A stretch of DNA of 24,000 bases, from the NCBI GenBank assembly GCA_937891465.1, contig CALAHF010000176.1, positions 30,983 to 54,982 of the forward strand. Direction: 5' to 3'. Below the pieces are notes generated by a model. The model was not told the origin of the DNA and searched no databases. It saw nothing but the letters and a program-made list of their open reading frames with translations. This DNA comes from an uncultured Verrucomicrobiales bacterium (GTDB lineage: Bacteria > Verrucomicrobiota > Verrucomicrobiia > Verrucomicrobiales > DEV007). Positions 1 to 9,800 of the stretch are shown piece by piece. A program made the translations under genes and the position numbers. How positions within the stretch are numbered: position 1 is the first letter of the stretch; the number at the start of each line of letters is the position of its first letter.

Positions 1-1270
1 TCACGTTTTTTCCGATGGCTGGAGTGGTTCGGCATTCGTCGGCGATTTTGTTTTTCCCGAGAACTTTTAATCCTTCGGTTGAGACTGCAATCGAGTGGAT
101 GTTTCCGCTTTCATCCGCGCAAAAAATGGATTTTCCATCGCTGACAGGTGAGCCGAAGAAACTACCTTCCGCACCTTCGAGCCGTGCTTTCCAGAATTCC
201 TCGCCAGTCGCGGCTTTCACGCAGGTGATGATTCCTGCGTCGTCCCAGAGATAGGCATTTTCGCCCACGACGATTGGGCTGGGAATGTGGGGGACATTCC
301 GCTCGATTCGCCAAATTTCTTCCAGCTCGCTGCCGTTTAGTTTCATGGCGACACAGTGTTTGGGATTCGCGGTGAACCCGCAGGTCCCAATGACAATTCC
401 ATTTCCTGCAAGAATCGGCGAACTAATGGCGCGTTCGTTTGTGTCGGCGTTAAAAACACTCTTGTCAGCGACAACCGAGCCGTCTTTTGGATCAATCGCG
501 GTAAAACCGTGCTGCCAGTTGGTGAACATTAGCAGTTCGCGGTCTCCGCTTTTGAAAAGGCAGGGAATTGAATAGCTGATCCGCTGGCTGCGGCGTTCGA
601 CAGTCCACGCTAATTCTCCCGTTTTTGCGTTCACCGCCAATAAATTTCCGGCGCCTTTTTCCTGATCATTATTCAGCACAACCAAATCGCCGATTAGAGT
701 TGGCGAAGCCCCAAATCCGTGACCGCCATTCACGGGGCCGAGATCTTTCTCCCAAAGCTTTTTTCCGGCGTGAGAAAACGCAATCATCGTCAATTTTGCG
801 GCAGTTCCCCACGTGAAAACGACGCGTTTCGAATCAACTGCCGGAGTTGACGAAGCAGCGGTGTTGAATTTGTGCCCTTTAAAAGCGCCGTCAGAAAATT
901 CGTACGACCAGAGGATCGAGCCGTCTTTCGCGTCCACACAAACCGGCATCCAGACTTGAGGCGTGGCCGGCTTCTTGGCCTTTTTCTTTTTGGTGCCTTT
1001 CTCGGCTGCTGCAGCTGGCTTTGCGGATTCCGCTGGTTTAGCGGAAAGTAGAAAAATTCGATCACCCCAAACTACGGGGGATCCGTTTCCTGCGCCCGGC
1101 AACGTCGTTTTCCATGCAAAACTTTCGTCCTTCCACACTGGTGGAATCGTGGCCGAATTTACAACTCCCGAGCCGTTTTCACCTCGAAGCCGCGGCCAGT
1201 TGCCGTCCTCATCGGCGAGAATGGGACTGCAGGCAATGATCGGAAGCAGCGAGAGCAAAAATCGTTTCAT
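1..1270 (-). CDS. PQQ-like (BamB-like fold) beta-propeller repeat protein, secreted or lipoprotein; C-terminus runs off the left edge
   Basis: Absent from the supplied ORF track because it has no stop inside the window. I checked plus-strand triplets at positions equal to 2 mod 3 from 2 to 1267 and found no tta/cta/tca, so the minus frame is open. ATG is at 1270-1268. The translation starts MKRFLLSLLPIIACSPILADEDGNWPRLRGENGSGV, a signal peptide with a possible lipobox (IIAC). Propeller-blade motifs then recur: SPVVWGDRIFLLS, LLAVNAKTGELAWT, SSPILAGNGIVIG, SPIVVGENAYLWDDAGIITCVKAATGEEFW, GSPVSDGKSIFCADESGNIHSI. Confidence 0.85.
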   Translation of the reverse strand, partial: MKRFLLSLLPIIACSPILADEDGNWPRLRGENGSGVVNSATIPPVWKDESFAWKTTLPGAGNGSPVVWGDRIFLLSAKPAESAKPAAAAEKGTKKKKAKKPATPQVWMPVCVDAKDGSILWSYEFSDGAFKGHKFNTAASSTPAVDSKRVVFTWGTAAKLTMIAFSHAGKKLWEKDLGPVNGGHGFGASPTLIGDLVVLNNDQEKGAGNLLAVNAKTGELAWTVERRSQRISYSIPCLFKSGDRELLMFTNWQHGFTAIDPKDGSVVADKSVFNADTNERAISSPILAGNGIVIGTCGFTANPKHCVAMKLNGSELEEIWRIERNVPHIPSPIVVGENAYLWDDAGIITCVKAATGEEFWKARLEGAEGSFFGSPVSDGKSIFCADESGNIHSIAVSTEGLKVLGKNKIADECRTTPAIGKNV

Positions 1271-1361
1271 GGCGGAGTTTTGCAGAAACCGATGGTCGCG
1301 ACAACTCGCACGAATCGAGAGGCTGATCGTAAAAGCGTTGCTGAATTTGAAAAACTCGGCG

Positions 1362-2396
1362 ATGTCCCGTTGGATGTAAACGCTGATTTTCAAAGTCAAT
1401 CAACTCGGAGACAATGTGGTTTCCATACCGGTGATTCAGTTCATCGTTGATCGGTTTGGTGCGGACGAAACTCACGTTTTTACAACACCGATAGCTGCGG
1501 GTTTGTACGAAGGCCTCATTCCGGAAAACAATCTCCACAACTTTGTTCGCGAGAAATTTAATAGCATTTGGAAGTCGCCTGCAGCTTTTCTTAAACTGAT
1601 TCGCCAGGTTCGAAAGCTGAAACCAGATCTTGTTTTGGTGCCCTTCGATCAGGGGAATGTTGCCCGATTGTTGGCTCGCATTTCGGGTGTGAAATGCCGC
1701 GCTGGCGTTTTGAATCCGGCAACGAAAACTAACTTTTGTCTCAATCATTTATTCAAAACTGATCTGGCCCGACCGATGGCGGAACAGGATTGGGCTCTGG
1801 CTTGAATCCTTCAGGAAATTCCCGAAATTGATATTTCCGATGTCTCCGAATTCCCACCCGCGCCCGATTTATTTCATTTGGTGAGGCCCGAAACCAAAAC
1901 GATCGTGCATCGAATTTTGATCCATCCCGGGGCCAGCCGCGCCTACAAACAGTGGACGTTTTCTCGTTTCGAAGAACTCGCGGAGCAGCTGGTAGCGCGG
2001 GGATTTGAAGTTGTTTGGATCACCCAAAATACCGATGATAAAAATCGACTTCCGGCAAGCGTTATTCAGAAAACGCCATCGGATCTCAAGTCGTTCGTGA
2101 ATGATCTGGCTTCGGCAGAACTGTTCGTCGACAACAATTCCGGGCCGATGAACCTTGCCAATGCACTCGGAATTCCCAGCGTGATTTTCAGTGGGCCGTC
2201 TCCTGAAAAATGGGCCCCCTATTGGCATCGTGAACACGTCTCAAACCTGCGTGTTCCAGACTTGCGTTGTCAGCCGTGCGATCCCGTCAGTGGGCCGGTG
2301 AATGCCTGCCAAAATTGCGAATCGCCGATGGCCTGCATGAACGGAATCAGTGTCGATTTTGTGATCCAGGAAATCGAGCGTCTTCTGAAAAGTTAG
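1362..2396 (+). pseudogene. Glycosyltransferase family 9 (heptosyltransferase-like), one reading frame interrupted by in-frame TAA (1377-1379) and TGA (1803-1805)
   Basis: Track ORFs 1416..1805 and 1878..2396 are in the same frame (positions equal to 0 mod 3). Read through, the frame gives M-S-R-W-M-stop-TLIFKVNQLGDNVVSIPVIQ ... MAEQDWALA-stop-ILQEIPEIDISDVSEFPPAPDLFHLVRPETKTIVHRILIHPGASRAYKQWTFSRFEELAEQLVARGFEVVWI ... DNNSGPMNLANALGIPSVIFSGPS. The N-terminal (I/L)xxKxxxLGD strand-loop and the C-terminal PGA...K.W / D(S/N)GxxHLAAAL-like motifs are typical of GT9. The conserved N-terminal motif lies between the TAA and the first canonical start (GTG 1416). Confidence 0.6.
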
Positions 2397-4924
2397 TCCC
2401 GATAGTGCGCGACCTTTGAATAGCTCAGGCGATGTTGCGGAGGTTTCTGCAACATGCTCGCAGGAAGCAAAGGCAGATCGTGGGCCGGACTTCGTTTCTC
2501 ATGTTTTGAAAGCTCAGATACCGCCGCCGCTTTTAATTCAGACCAACGGAGGTTGCCGTCCAATTCAGGAGCGCATTTGATGTGGCGAAGAAAACTGAGC
2601 CATTCGATTGAGGCTCGCTCGACATCGCCGGGTCCGAATTCCAATTCGAGTTTGCGGGACTGCGCGAACAGGCTGGCCATGTTTCCATTTATCATGGCGT
2701 GAACTGCTTCGGAGGCATTTTCGCCGTAACCGACGGGTAACCCCAAGCGAAGATAACCGCCGAAATCAACGGGTCCGTAGGCTTGGCGACAAACTGCAGC
2801 GAGGCGTTCGCTGACCCCTGTGTCGGGTAATTCATCCATTTCGAAACGGTTGCCCGCGCGCAAGTTCGCGAGGTGCCAGATCAGTTCATCAATCGGGTAA
2901 TGCTTATCTTCCAAAGCCGCCGCGACGGCGAGCCCTTCGCCGTGTTGGAAAAAACTAAAAATCACGCCGCGTTCGGTTGGTTTGCCTGTTTCATCGATCA
3001 GCCCGAGTTTTCGCCACGCTTGCGCTGGTGAACCTGCCGTTGGGGAAATTTTCTGACCAAGTTCATCGCGGTAGTGCGTATCCGCTTTGATTTCGACAGT
3101 TTGAATTTCCGGTTCGTGAAGAAATTTTCCGTGCGGATCTTCACGAACCAACAGGGGATGTTTATCGAACGAACCCAGTACACTCAGCGTCGGGCCGCGC
3201 TGAATTAATCGGGCAAAGCGAGCGCCCTCGATATTTTCGAACAGGGAATCGGGGATCAGCGTCTCGATTTCTTCGCGGGAAAAATGGCCGTCAGTTTTCG
3301 CAAAATCAGCCAGCTTTCGGGTTTGTTTAGTGAGCCGAAAAATCCCGCCGTCTCGCTCGGTTTCCGTCGCCACTGCCATTTCCAAACCGTAGCGCCGCTC
3401 GGCCTCCGTTTTTTCATCGAGCCGACATAAGCGAGCGCTTTTCGGCAATCGTGCGCTGATGAATTCGCTACTTGATTCAGCTGGCACGTAACGGCCTTTT
3501 TGAAAAATCATCGACTCGCGCAGCGGGATTTCGGTTTCTGGAAATTTATCGACAGGCTTCCATTCGAGCGCGGAATCGAGAAATTCGCGACGGGTCGGCA
3601 CGAGTCCGAAAAGTGGAACGTCGCCGCTGTCATTTTCATCTGTGGCCTTTCGCTGACGAAATCCGATGTGAATTTTCTGTTTTGAAAACAAGCGCTCGAT
3701 CACTTTTCGCGCTGCATCGAATGGCGATTCGTCTGCTAAATGCATCGCTCTCAGCAAGGTGGGCCAATCGATTTCGTTGGCGCGATGCAATTCATTGGCG
3801 CGCGCATCGGAGAGTCGAGGGGTGTCGTCTCCCGAAATGACATAGCCAATTTCATCAAGCCCGCGACGCCCAGCCCGGCCAAACATTTGTAGCAATTCAT
3901 CGGGCGCAACGGTTCGCTGAAACGGCCCGTCCTGGTAAACCGTGTCTGTCACGAACACGGATCGAACCGAAAAATTGATTCCTGACGCCAATCCCATCGT
4001 GGCTACGATCACGCGAAGCTGGCCGGCTTTTGCAAGCGGTTCGACGATGGCTGATCGCTCGCCAAACGTGAGTCCGCTGTGATGCCACGCGACTCGTTTT
4101 CGAAGCAGCTTTTTTAATTCCGGCCCGCAAACTTGAGCCAATGATGAATCGGCGAAAGTGATCGGATCGTCATCCGGTAGGGATTCTGCGATCTTCTTGG
4201 CGATTTTTTCCGCGGTTCGGCGCTGAGGTGCAAAAATCAAGAGCGGTCCGTAGTTTGAAAGCAAAGCTCCCTGGGCAACTCGCTGCCAGAAATTTTTGAC
4301 CTTCTTAGGTGCTCGATTTGGCATCGCCTGAAAGGGCATGTCTTCCAGCGGAACCGGGCGATGATCCGTTCGAATCACAGCGACGTCGCGGCCGAGTTTC
4401 TCAAACCATTCCGCGACTTTTTTCGGGTTCGCGACACTCCCCGAAAGCAATAGAAGCTGCGTATTGGGCGGGGCCAACGCGACCGCGAGTTCGTAATTCA
4501 ATCCACGTCGCAAATCGCCGATCATTTGATATTCGTCGATCACCAGTAGCTTGGGACCTTCCCCTTTCAGAAGTCGTTCGCGCTGTGTTTCTAAGGTAGC
4601 CACAAGAACCGGTGCATCCAGATTTACCGCCAAATCACCGGTGGCGATTCCTGTTTTCCAGCCGGCATTTTTCCATTCCCGCCATTTGTCGTTTGCCAGT
4701 GCCCGAGTAGGCACGGTGTAAACGGCTTGCTCATTGTCGTGAAGAAATTTCCCTGCTTTGATTAGGCTTTCAAAAATGAAGGTTTTCCCTGCGCCAGTCG
4801 GTGCATCAACGATGACATCCTGGCCCGCTGCAAGCGCGCGAATCGCGTCCTGCTGCCACAAATCAGGAACCGCCAGTTTGACCTGGAGGCCCTCAAAAGC
4901 ATCGGTGAACGCATTTTCGAACAT
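2393..4924 (-). CDS. Superfamily 2 DExH-type helicase, Ski2/HelY-like, with a long uncharacterised C-terminal region
   Basis: 843-aa ORF. Motif I is DAPTGAGKTF. Motif II is the variant LLVIDEYQMIGD. SGS stands at the motif III position. WHHSGL, ATMGLASGINFSVRSV and QMFGRAGRRGLD match Ski2-like motifs IV to VI. The stop overlaps the GT9 stop by 4 nt (convergent). Confidence 0.9.
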   Translation of the reverse strand: MFENAFTDAFEGLQVKLAVPDLWQQDAIRALAAGQDVIVDAPTGAGKTFIFESLIKAGKFLHDNEQAVYTVPTRALANDKWREWKNAGWKTGIATGDLAVNLDAPVLVATLETQRERLLKGEGPKLLVIDEYQMIGDLRRGLNYELAVALAPPNTQLLLLSGSVANPKKVAEWFEKLGRDVAVIRTDHRPVPLEDMPFQAMPNRAPKKVKNFWQRVAQGALLSNYGPLLIFAPQRRTAEKIAKKIAESLPDDDPITFADSSLAQVCGPELKKLLRKRVAWHHSGLTFGERSAIVEPLAKAGQLRVIVATMGLASGINFSVRSVFVTDTVYQDGPFQRTVAPDELLQMFGRAGRRGLDEIGYVISGDDTPRLSDARANELHRANEIDWPTLLRAMHLADESPFDAARKVIERLFSKQKIHIGFRQRKATDENDSGDVPLFGLVPTRREFLDSALEWKPVDKFPETEIPLRESMIFQKGRYVPAESSSEFISARLPKSARLCRLDEKTEAERRYGLEMAVATETERDGGIFRLTKQTRKLADFAKTDGHFSREEIETLIPDSLFENIEGARFARLIQRGPTLSVLGSFDKHPLLVREDPHGKFLHEPEIQTVEIKADTHYRDELGQKISPTAGSPAQAWRKLGLIDETGKPTERGVIFSFFQHGEGLAVAAALEDKHYPIDELIWHLANLRAGNRFEMDELPDTGVSERLAAVCRQAYGPVDFGGYLRLGLPVGYGENASEAVHAMINGNMASLFAQSRKLELEFGPGDVERASIEWLSFLRHIKCAPELDGNLRWSELKAAAVSELSKHEKRSPAHDLPLLPASMLQKPPQHRLSYSKVAHYRD

Positions 4925-4964
4925 GGGAACGTGACGAGTTGGGGAGGCGGTTTTTAGAAGGTTA

Positions 4965-5007
4965 CGATCGAATAGGGTATGTTCATCGAATCAATAGGGT
5001 TGTTTCG
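4965..5007. repeat. Two tandem half-units of the AAYAGGGT palindromic repeat family
   Basis: The units are cgatcgAATAGGGTatgttcatcg (4965-4988) and cgaatcAATAGGGTtgtttcg (4987-5007). The second differs at 2 positions from cgaagcAATAGGGTtgcttcg at 19654-19674. Confidence 0.65.
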
Positions 5008-5013
5008 TTTCCG

Positions 5014-6150
5014 GTGCAAAATAGTTGTCGTCAGGGAGAGAGCGATTTAGCATTCACAATCGAAACGAACGAACATTCCTTTTTGGGGCAGCAAGTGCCG
5101 ATTGGTCAGGTGACGAATGAATTGCAGGCTTTGTTTGCCGGTGATGAGAAGGATCAGGATTCGGGGATTACCCGAGCGTCGCTGATCAATCTGGCGATTT
5201 ATCAGGAGGGGCCGGAATCGCTCGAAGTTGCTGCGGAAACGGTTGCCGAGATCGTTCAGGAAGCGGCGTGCCGTTCGATTTTGATCGGGGCGGATACAAA
5301 AGGTGAAACTGGGGCCAAAGCCTGGGTTCAGGCGCACTGCCAAATATTGGGGCGGGATTATCGCAAAACGGTCTGCACCGAGCAGTTGGCGTTTCAATTG
5401 ACGGGGGCGACTCCAGGGTTGGCCCGCAATACGGTGTTCGCGCATTTGGATTCTGATTTGCCGCTTGTTTTTTGGTGGCGCGGGGAATTTTCGGAGGCCT
5501 TTTCAGATCGCCTGTTTACACGAATTGATCGATTGGTTTTTGACAGTTGCAGCTGGTCGGATCCTCGTTCGCAGTTTTTGCGGCTGAGACAAGCCTCCGC
5601 GGAAGCAAAGGCGTCGTTTATCCCGCATGATTTGAGTTTCACGCGATTAAACCCGATTCGTTCCTCCATCGCGCGGTGCTTTGACGATCCGTTGCCCCGG
5701 AAGGAGGCAAGTCGAATTTCTTCGGTGGAAATTCGGCATGGATCCAACTTTCGGATGCCGGCGTTGTATTTGGCTGCTTGGCTCGCGACGCGATTGAAAT
5801 GCGATTTGTTGGCGAATGAGTCTGATACGCAATCGTTCCGGTTTCGGCGCCGGAGTTCGGGCGAGATCAGTGGATTAACAGTGAATCTGAAGGCGGTTGA
5901 TGAGGGGTGTGAAGCGATTTGCTCGGTCGATATGAAATCGAACAATGCTCATTTCTCGCTGAATCGGAAAGACAACAATCGCTTTTGGGAATTGACTTCA
6001 AAAATCGGGGATTGCCCTGCGAACGTTGAATTGCTTCCGATGCCGGATCGATCAGACGCGGTTCTGGTGACGGAGATATTGATGCGTGGCGGCCGCAACC
6101 ATGTGCTTTGCGATGCGCTGAAAGTGGTTCGCGAAATGCTAGTGGTCTGA
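5014..6150 (+). CDS. opcA: OpcA-family protein (glucose-6-phosphate dehydrogenase assembly protein-like)
   Basis: The ORF is open from TTG 4939. Family-typical blocks are ITRASLINLAIY, ACRSILI, VCTEQLAFQL, HLDSDLPLVFWWRGEF, IDRLVFDS, HDLSFTRLNPIRSSIARCFD and LYLAAWLATRLKC. There is no in-frame ATG near the 5' end. I place the start at GTG 5014 because 4965-5007 is occupied by intergenic-type repeat units. The true start could also be a TTG or GTG near 5085-5095. Confidence 0.75.
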   Translation: MQNSCRQGESDLAFTIETNEHSFLGQQVPIGQVTNELQALFAGDEKDQDSGITRASLINLAIYQEGPESLEVAAETVAEIVQEAACRSILIGADTKGETGAKAWVQAHCQILGRDYRKTVCTEQLAFQLTGATPGLARNTVFAHLDSDLPLVFWWRGEFSEAFSDRLFTRIDRLVFDSCSWSDPRSQFLRLRQASAEAKASFIPHDLSFTRLNPIRSSIARCFDDPLPRKEASRISSVEIRHGSNFRMPALYLAAWLATRLKCDLLANESDTQSFRFRRRSSGEISGLTVNLKAVDEGCEAICSVDMKSNNAHFSLNRKDNNRFWELTSKIGDCPANVELLPMPDRSDAVLVTEILMRGGRNHVLCDALKVVREMLVV

Positions 6151-6159
6151 GACCGATTC

Positions 6160-6837
6160 CTACAATCCCTTCGCGTTGGCGTAGGCGTTGGGATTGAGCA
6201 TTTTCTTCACATCGCTGACAGACATTTTGGTATTGCTGCCGTCGAGAAATCCGGCGGTTCTGCGAAGGCCATCTGCGGTGGCCGAGTTGGCGAGAGCGCG
6301 ATTGCCCTGCCGATTGGAGGTTCGAGCAAATGATTTATTTTCGCCGAACTGCTGATTCCCAAGTCGGCTTTTCTGCTGACCGAACCAGGATTCTTTTTTT
6401 GCAAAACTCTGACCGGTCTCGCTGGCGCGACTGCCGCCTTCGCGAGCAAACATACCGCCCTCGCGGGCGTTTTCATTGGCGCCGTTGAAGCTCTTTCGTT
6501 TTAAATATTCGGGAGTTTTGAATTCCTTCTTCACCGGGTTACGACCTCCAAGTCGCGCGTCTTTTTTCCCACCAAAGGCTTTGCTTCCTTCGCGGGAGTT
6601 TCGGTCGGAGTAGAGATCACCGCTGTTAGCTTTGATGTTGCCCTTGTCGTCGATTTTATATCCGCGGTTGGTAAACTTGCTGCGAATTTCGTCTTCGTCA
6701 TTTTCGTCACCGGCAAATTTCATCTGTCCGGGGCGAGTTCCTTTGACCGTTCGCTTGGTCGCGCATGACGAAATGAAGATCGCTGCGGCAACGGCGAAAA
6801 TTGTAAACGTAAGAAATCTGGACGGGTTTGTCTTCAA
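6160..6837 (-). CDS. Lipoprotein, basic and low-complexity (predicted disordered), function unknown
   Basis: 225 aa. The N-terminus MKTNPSRFLTFTIFAVAAAIFISSC is a signal peptide plus lipobox. The mature part is rich in K/R/N/G/F, with recurring (K/Q)(S/A)F (SKAFGG, RKSFNG, QSFAKK, NKSFAR) and a duplicated AREGG. The TTG start (6837-6835) overlaps the TGA stop of the upstream giant gene (6836-6834) as TTGA. Confidence 0.75.
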   Translation of the reverse strand: MKTNPSRFLTFTIFAVAAAIFISSCATKRTVKGTRPGQMKFAGDENDEDEIRSKFTNRGYKIDDKGNIKANSGDLYSDRNSREGSKAFGGKKDARLGGRNPVKKEFKTPEYLKRKSFNGANENAREGGMFAREGGSRASETGQSFAKKESWFGQQKSRLGNQQFGENKSFARTSNRQGNRALANSATADGLRRTAGFLDGSNTKMSVSDVKKMLNPNAYANAKGL

Positions 6838-9800
6838 AGAGGGGTGGAAGTGTCCTGTATTTTTCCGGTTTCGGCAAGTTGTCTCCGAAATTCTTCAAAT
6901 TCGATCAATTGGCCTTCGCTGAGGGAGAAAAGTGATCCTATTTGATCGGAGTCCAAACTTTCGGGGAGTTGGGCATTAAATTCGGCGAGAATCGAAATGC
7001 TCATTAACACGGATTTGCTGAACCCACGTTTCAGGATTTCCTGAGCCAGAGAATGATCTTTTTGTTCGATGGCGAAGCGAGCGTAGTCCTCCAAAAACGG
7101 AGTGTGGCGATTGGTGATTCGGCGAATGGAATCGTAATAACGGCGGAACAAGGCTGCCGCAAAATCAGTCTGATCGGCATCTGAAAATTTACGCGCAAGA
7201 TGCCAACGCGCTCCGAAAACCGGAAGGCGAGGGGATTGACTGGCCTGTGAAAAACGGTCGGCTCCGACTTCTTCAATCAGTCGAGCATGAACTTCGGCGA
7301 GGCGCAGCCGATCATCGATCGCAGCAAAAAACTTAATCTGTCGTTCGGGATCACCTTGAAAAGACGTCCGGGTGATGAAGTGTTTTCTAACATTGATCAA
7401 ATCAAATGCGGCCGATTTCCCGATTTCCCCGAATTGAAGAAGGCTCTCTAAAAGGTGATCAAATTCGGGGTCGGAAAGGGTTGCGGCAAATTCAGGGTCG
7501 AACGAGCCGCTGAGAAAGCTTAAACCAATCCTCGTGGCGACTTTGGTATCGGGCCGATTCAGGTAGGCTTCGAGAACGGGGGTCCATTCTTCGGTTCCGT
7601 GATTTTTGACGAGTCCGAGAAACGTTTTTGTGCGCGGAGCCGTGTTTTGCAAGCTGTCGAGAAGTTGCCGGAGGGGCGATTCGATTTCAGAAAACGGGAT
7701 GGTTTGCGAATCCAAATCGAGCCTCAGCGAAGCTGCGAGAAGTTGCGAGCGAGCGTCGGACTCTGCAATGGTGTTCTTTCTAGCCTGATTCAATAGCGCA
7801 CTCCGAGCCTCAGTTTCCAATCCAGCGGCAAATAATTTGTTAGCGACTTCGACAGTCAGTTCAGGATCGAAGTATTTCTCAGACTGACGAATGAGATCTG
7901 AGAGCGATTTTTCATTCTCAGTGAGGGAAGCGATTTCCAAAATGGCTTCGTCTTCAATGTTGCGTGATTTCTGATCGAGTTTGATTTCGCGAAGCCACTC
8001 CAGGGCTGCCTCCATGTCACCGCGATTGCTCAATAATTTTGCTCCCGCGAGGAAATGAATCTTCGTCGCCGATTTTTGTTCGCGCATGTGTTTGAGCAAC
8101 CGCAGAAGCGCCTCGTCGTTTCCGGTCTTTTGATAGGCCCGCGCGAGAGCGCTTTGATAAGAATAAACGGCAGCCGCAGTTGAGGGCGGAGTAGCGCTTT
8201 CCAGATGACTGAGCTGGCTGAGACGCTCGACATCGCGCAATTGAAGGAGAAACTCAGCGTGATAGCGCTTGATGTCTTCGAGGCCCATTCCGGTTGGGAT
8301 TGCGGTCGTTTGAGAAAGGTAGCGCTCGATCATTTCGAGTGCAGCACTTGGCTCACCAGCGGCAATTGCTGCATCGAGAAATCCCCGTAAAATCGAGTAG
8401 TCGCCGGGATATTTGATGGCATCAGCGCGATAGACATTCATCGCTTCGCGCCGGAATCCTCGAAGGTCGAGCGTTCTCGCGAGGAGCATTCGACCTTTGG
8501 GATCGGCCATCCGATTTGCGATCAACTGAAGGGGAGCAAGGCGGTCTGCGGGCAATAGGCTCTCTAGATACAAGGCAATTCGTTCCGCTTCGTATTCTTC
8601 GAGTTCGGTTTGTCCGTCATCTGAGAGCGTTGGCGAGAGCGTTCCCGTTTCGAGAACTTTAAAAAGCCGGGCGGCCTGATCTCGGGAAAGGTGAAAACGC
8701 GACGCGGAAAAACGAAGGTTGGAAAGTAATCGAGACCATCGAAGTCGTTCGGTTTCGTCATCGGTATCGATGTTGCCGGTGGGCATGCTTTCGTTGAGAG
8801 TGTATTCCCACAATGGAAAAAGCGCTTCGATTGCCTGATCGGTCCGGCCTGCGAGCGTTTCGAGATAAATGGTGCGTTGCAAATTTACGCCGCGATCGGC
8901 ATTTGGATTGCTCTCGATCCACGTTCGAATTTCTTCGAGCAGAGCCTGTTTTTCTGTGGCCGATTCCGTAGCTTCAAAAAGCTCGGACGCGGTCGACGTG
9001 TAGTAAGTTGGCAGCGAGTAGATGGCGCCGCGGTCGTGCACCAAATCGAGCGCGCTTCGCAGCCATTTCATTCGTTGATCATCGAACCCAATTTTGCCCG
9101 CCGTTTCTGAAACAAGATAATGAAAATCGCCGCTGCTTGAGAGGCTTCGCTTACCGAGGATTTCTCCCACCCGGAACGCGCCTGCGAAATCGTTCTTTTC
9201 GCGCAGCTCTTTGAAAAGCCGATTCCCGATGTTTTCCGAGATCGACAAGTCACGGACATAATCGTCGTAGCCCATAGGGAAGAAGCGTGCTTCGCCTTGG
9301 TCAGCGATCACCAGAAAAAGTCCGGTGATTGGAAAAATTTCCCTTTCGACAACGTTTTCGTTGATCCATTTCAGCAGGTCTTCTTTTTGGTTCCCCAGAA
9401 TCGAAAAGTAGCTGAACCAAACTTTCTCCATGGGATTTGCGGCCGCTTTTTCAATCAGCAATGGCGTTAAAATATCGAGCGTTTCCTTGCCTGCACCCAC
9501 ATAATGGAAAGCCCACAACTTTTCTGAAAGAGAAGCCTGTTTATCCCGTTTCCAGCGATTCACCCATCCGCTTTTTTTAACTTCCGATTGTTGGCTAATG
9601 ATGCCAGCCGCGACTTCGATCGCCCGGAGGTGAATTAATTCAGGAGCGGTCGGAATGCGATCAAACTCGGGATGGTTTTTCTCAAGATGTTCGACGAGGT
9701 CCTCCTGCAAATTTTCTTCTAAAAATGGAAAGCGCTCGATGATGCCTTGCATTCGATCCAATCCTAAGTTGCCTGAATTTGTGATTGGTAAAAGGGGAAG

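Noticed and set aside
1209-1748. 179-aa minus-strand ORF spanning the PQQ gene start, the divergent intergenic region and the GT9 N-terminus
   Set aside because: It crosses a divergent promoter region and is antisense to recognisable GT9 sequence. No motifs support it.
1803-1805. In-frame TGA in the GT9 gene as selenocysteine or as genome-wide UGA reassignment
   Set aside because: Several well-supported genes here terminate at TGA (opcA-like 6148-6150, arsS, arsM, DUF1080, the giant TPR gene). The context (WALA-stop-ILQE) is not a redox motif. A second, TAA stop in the same gene points to decay or sequencing error.
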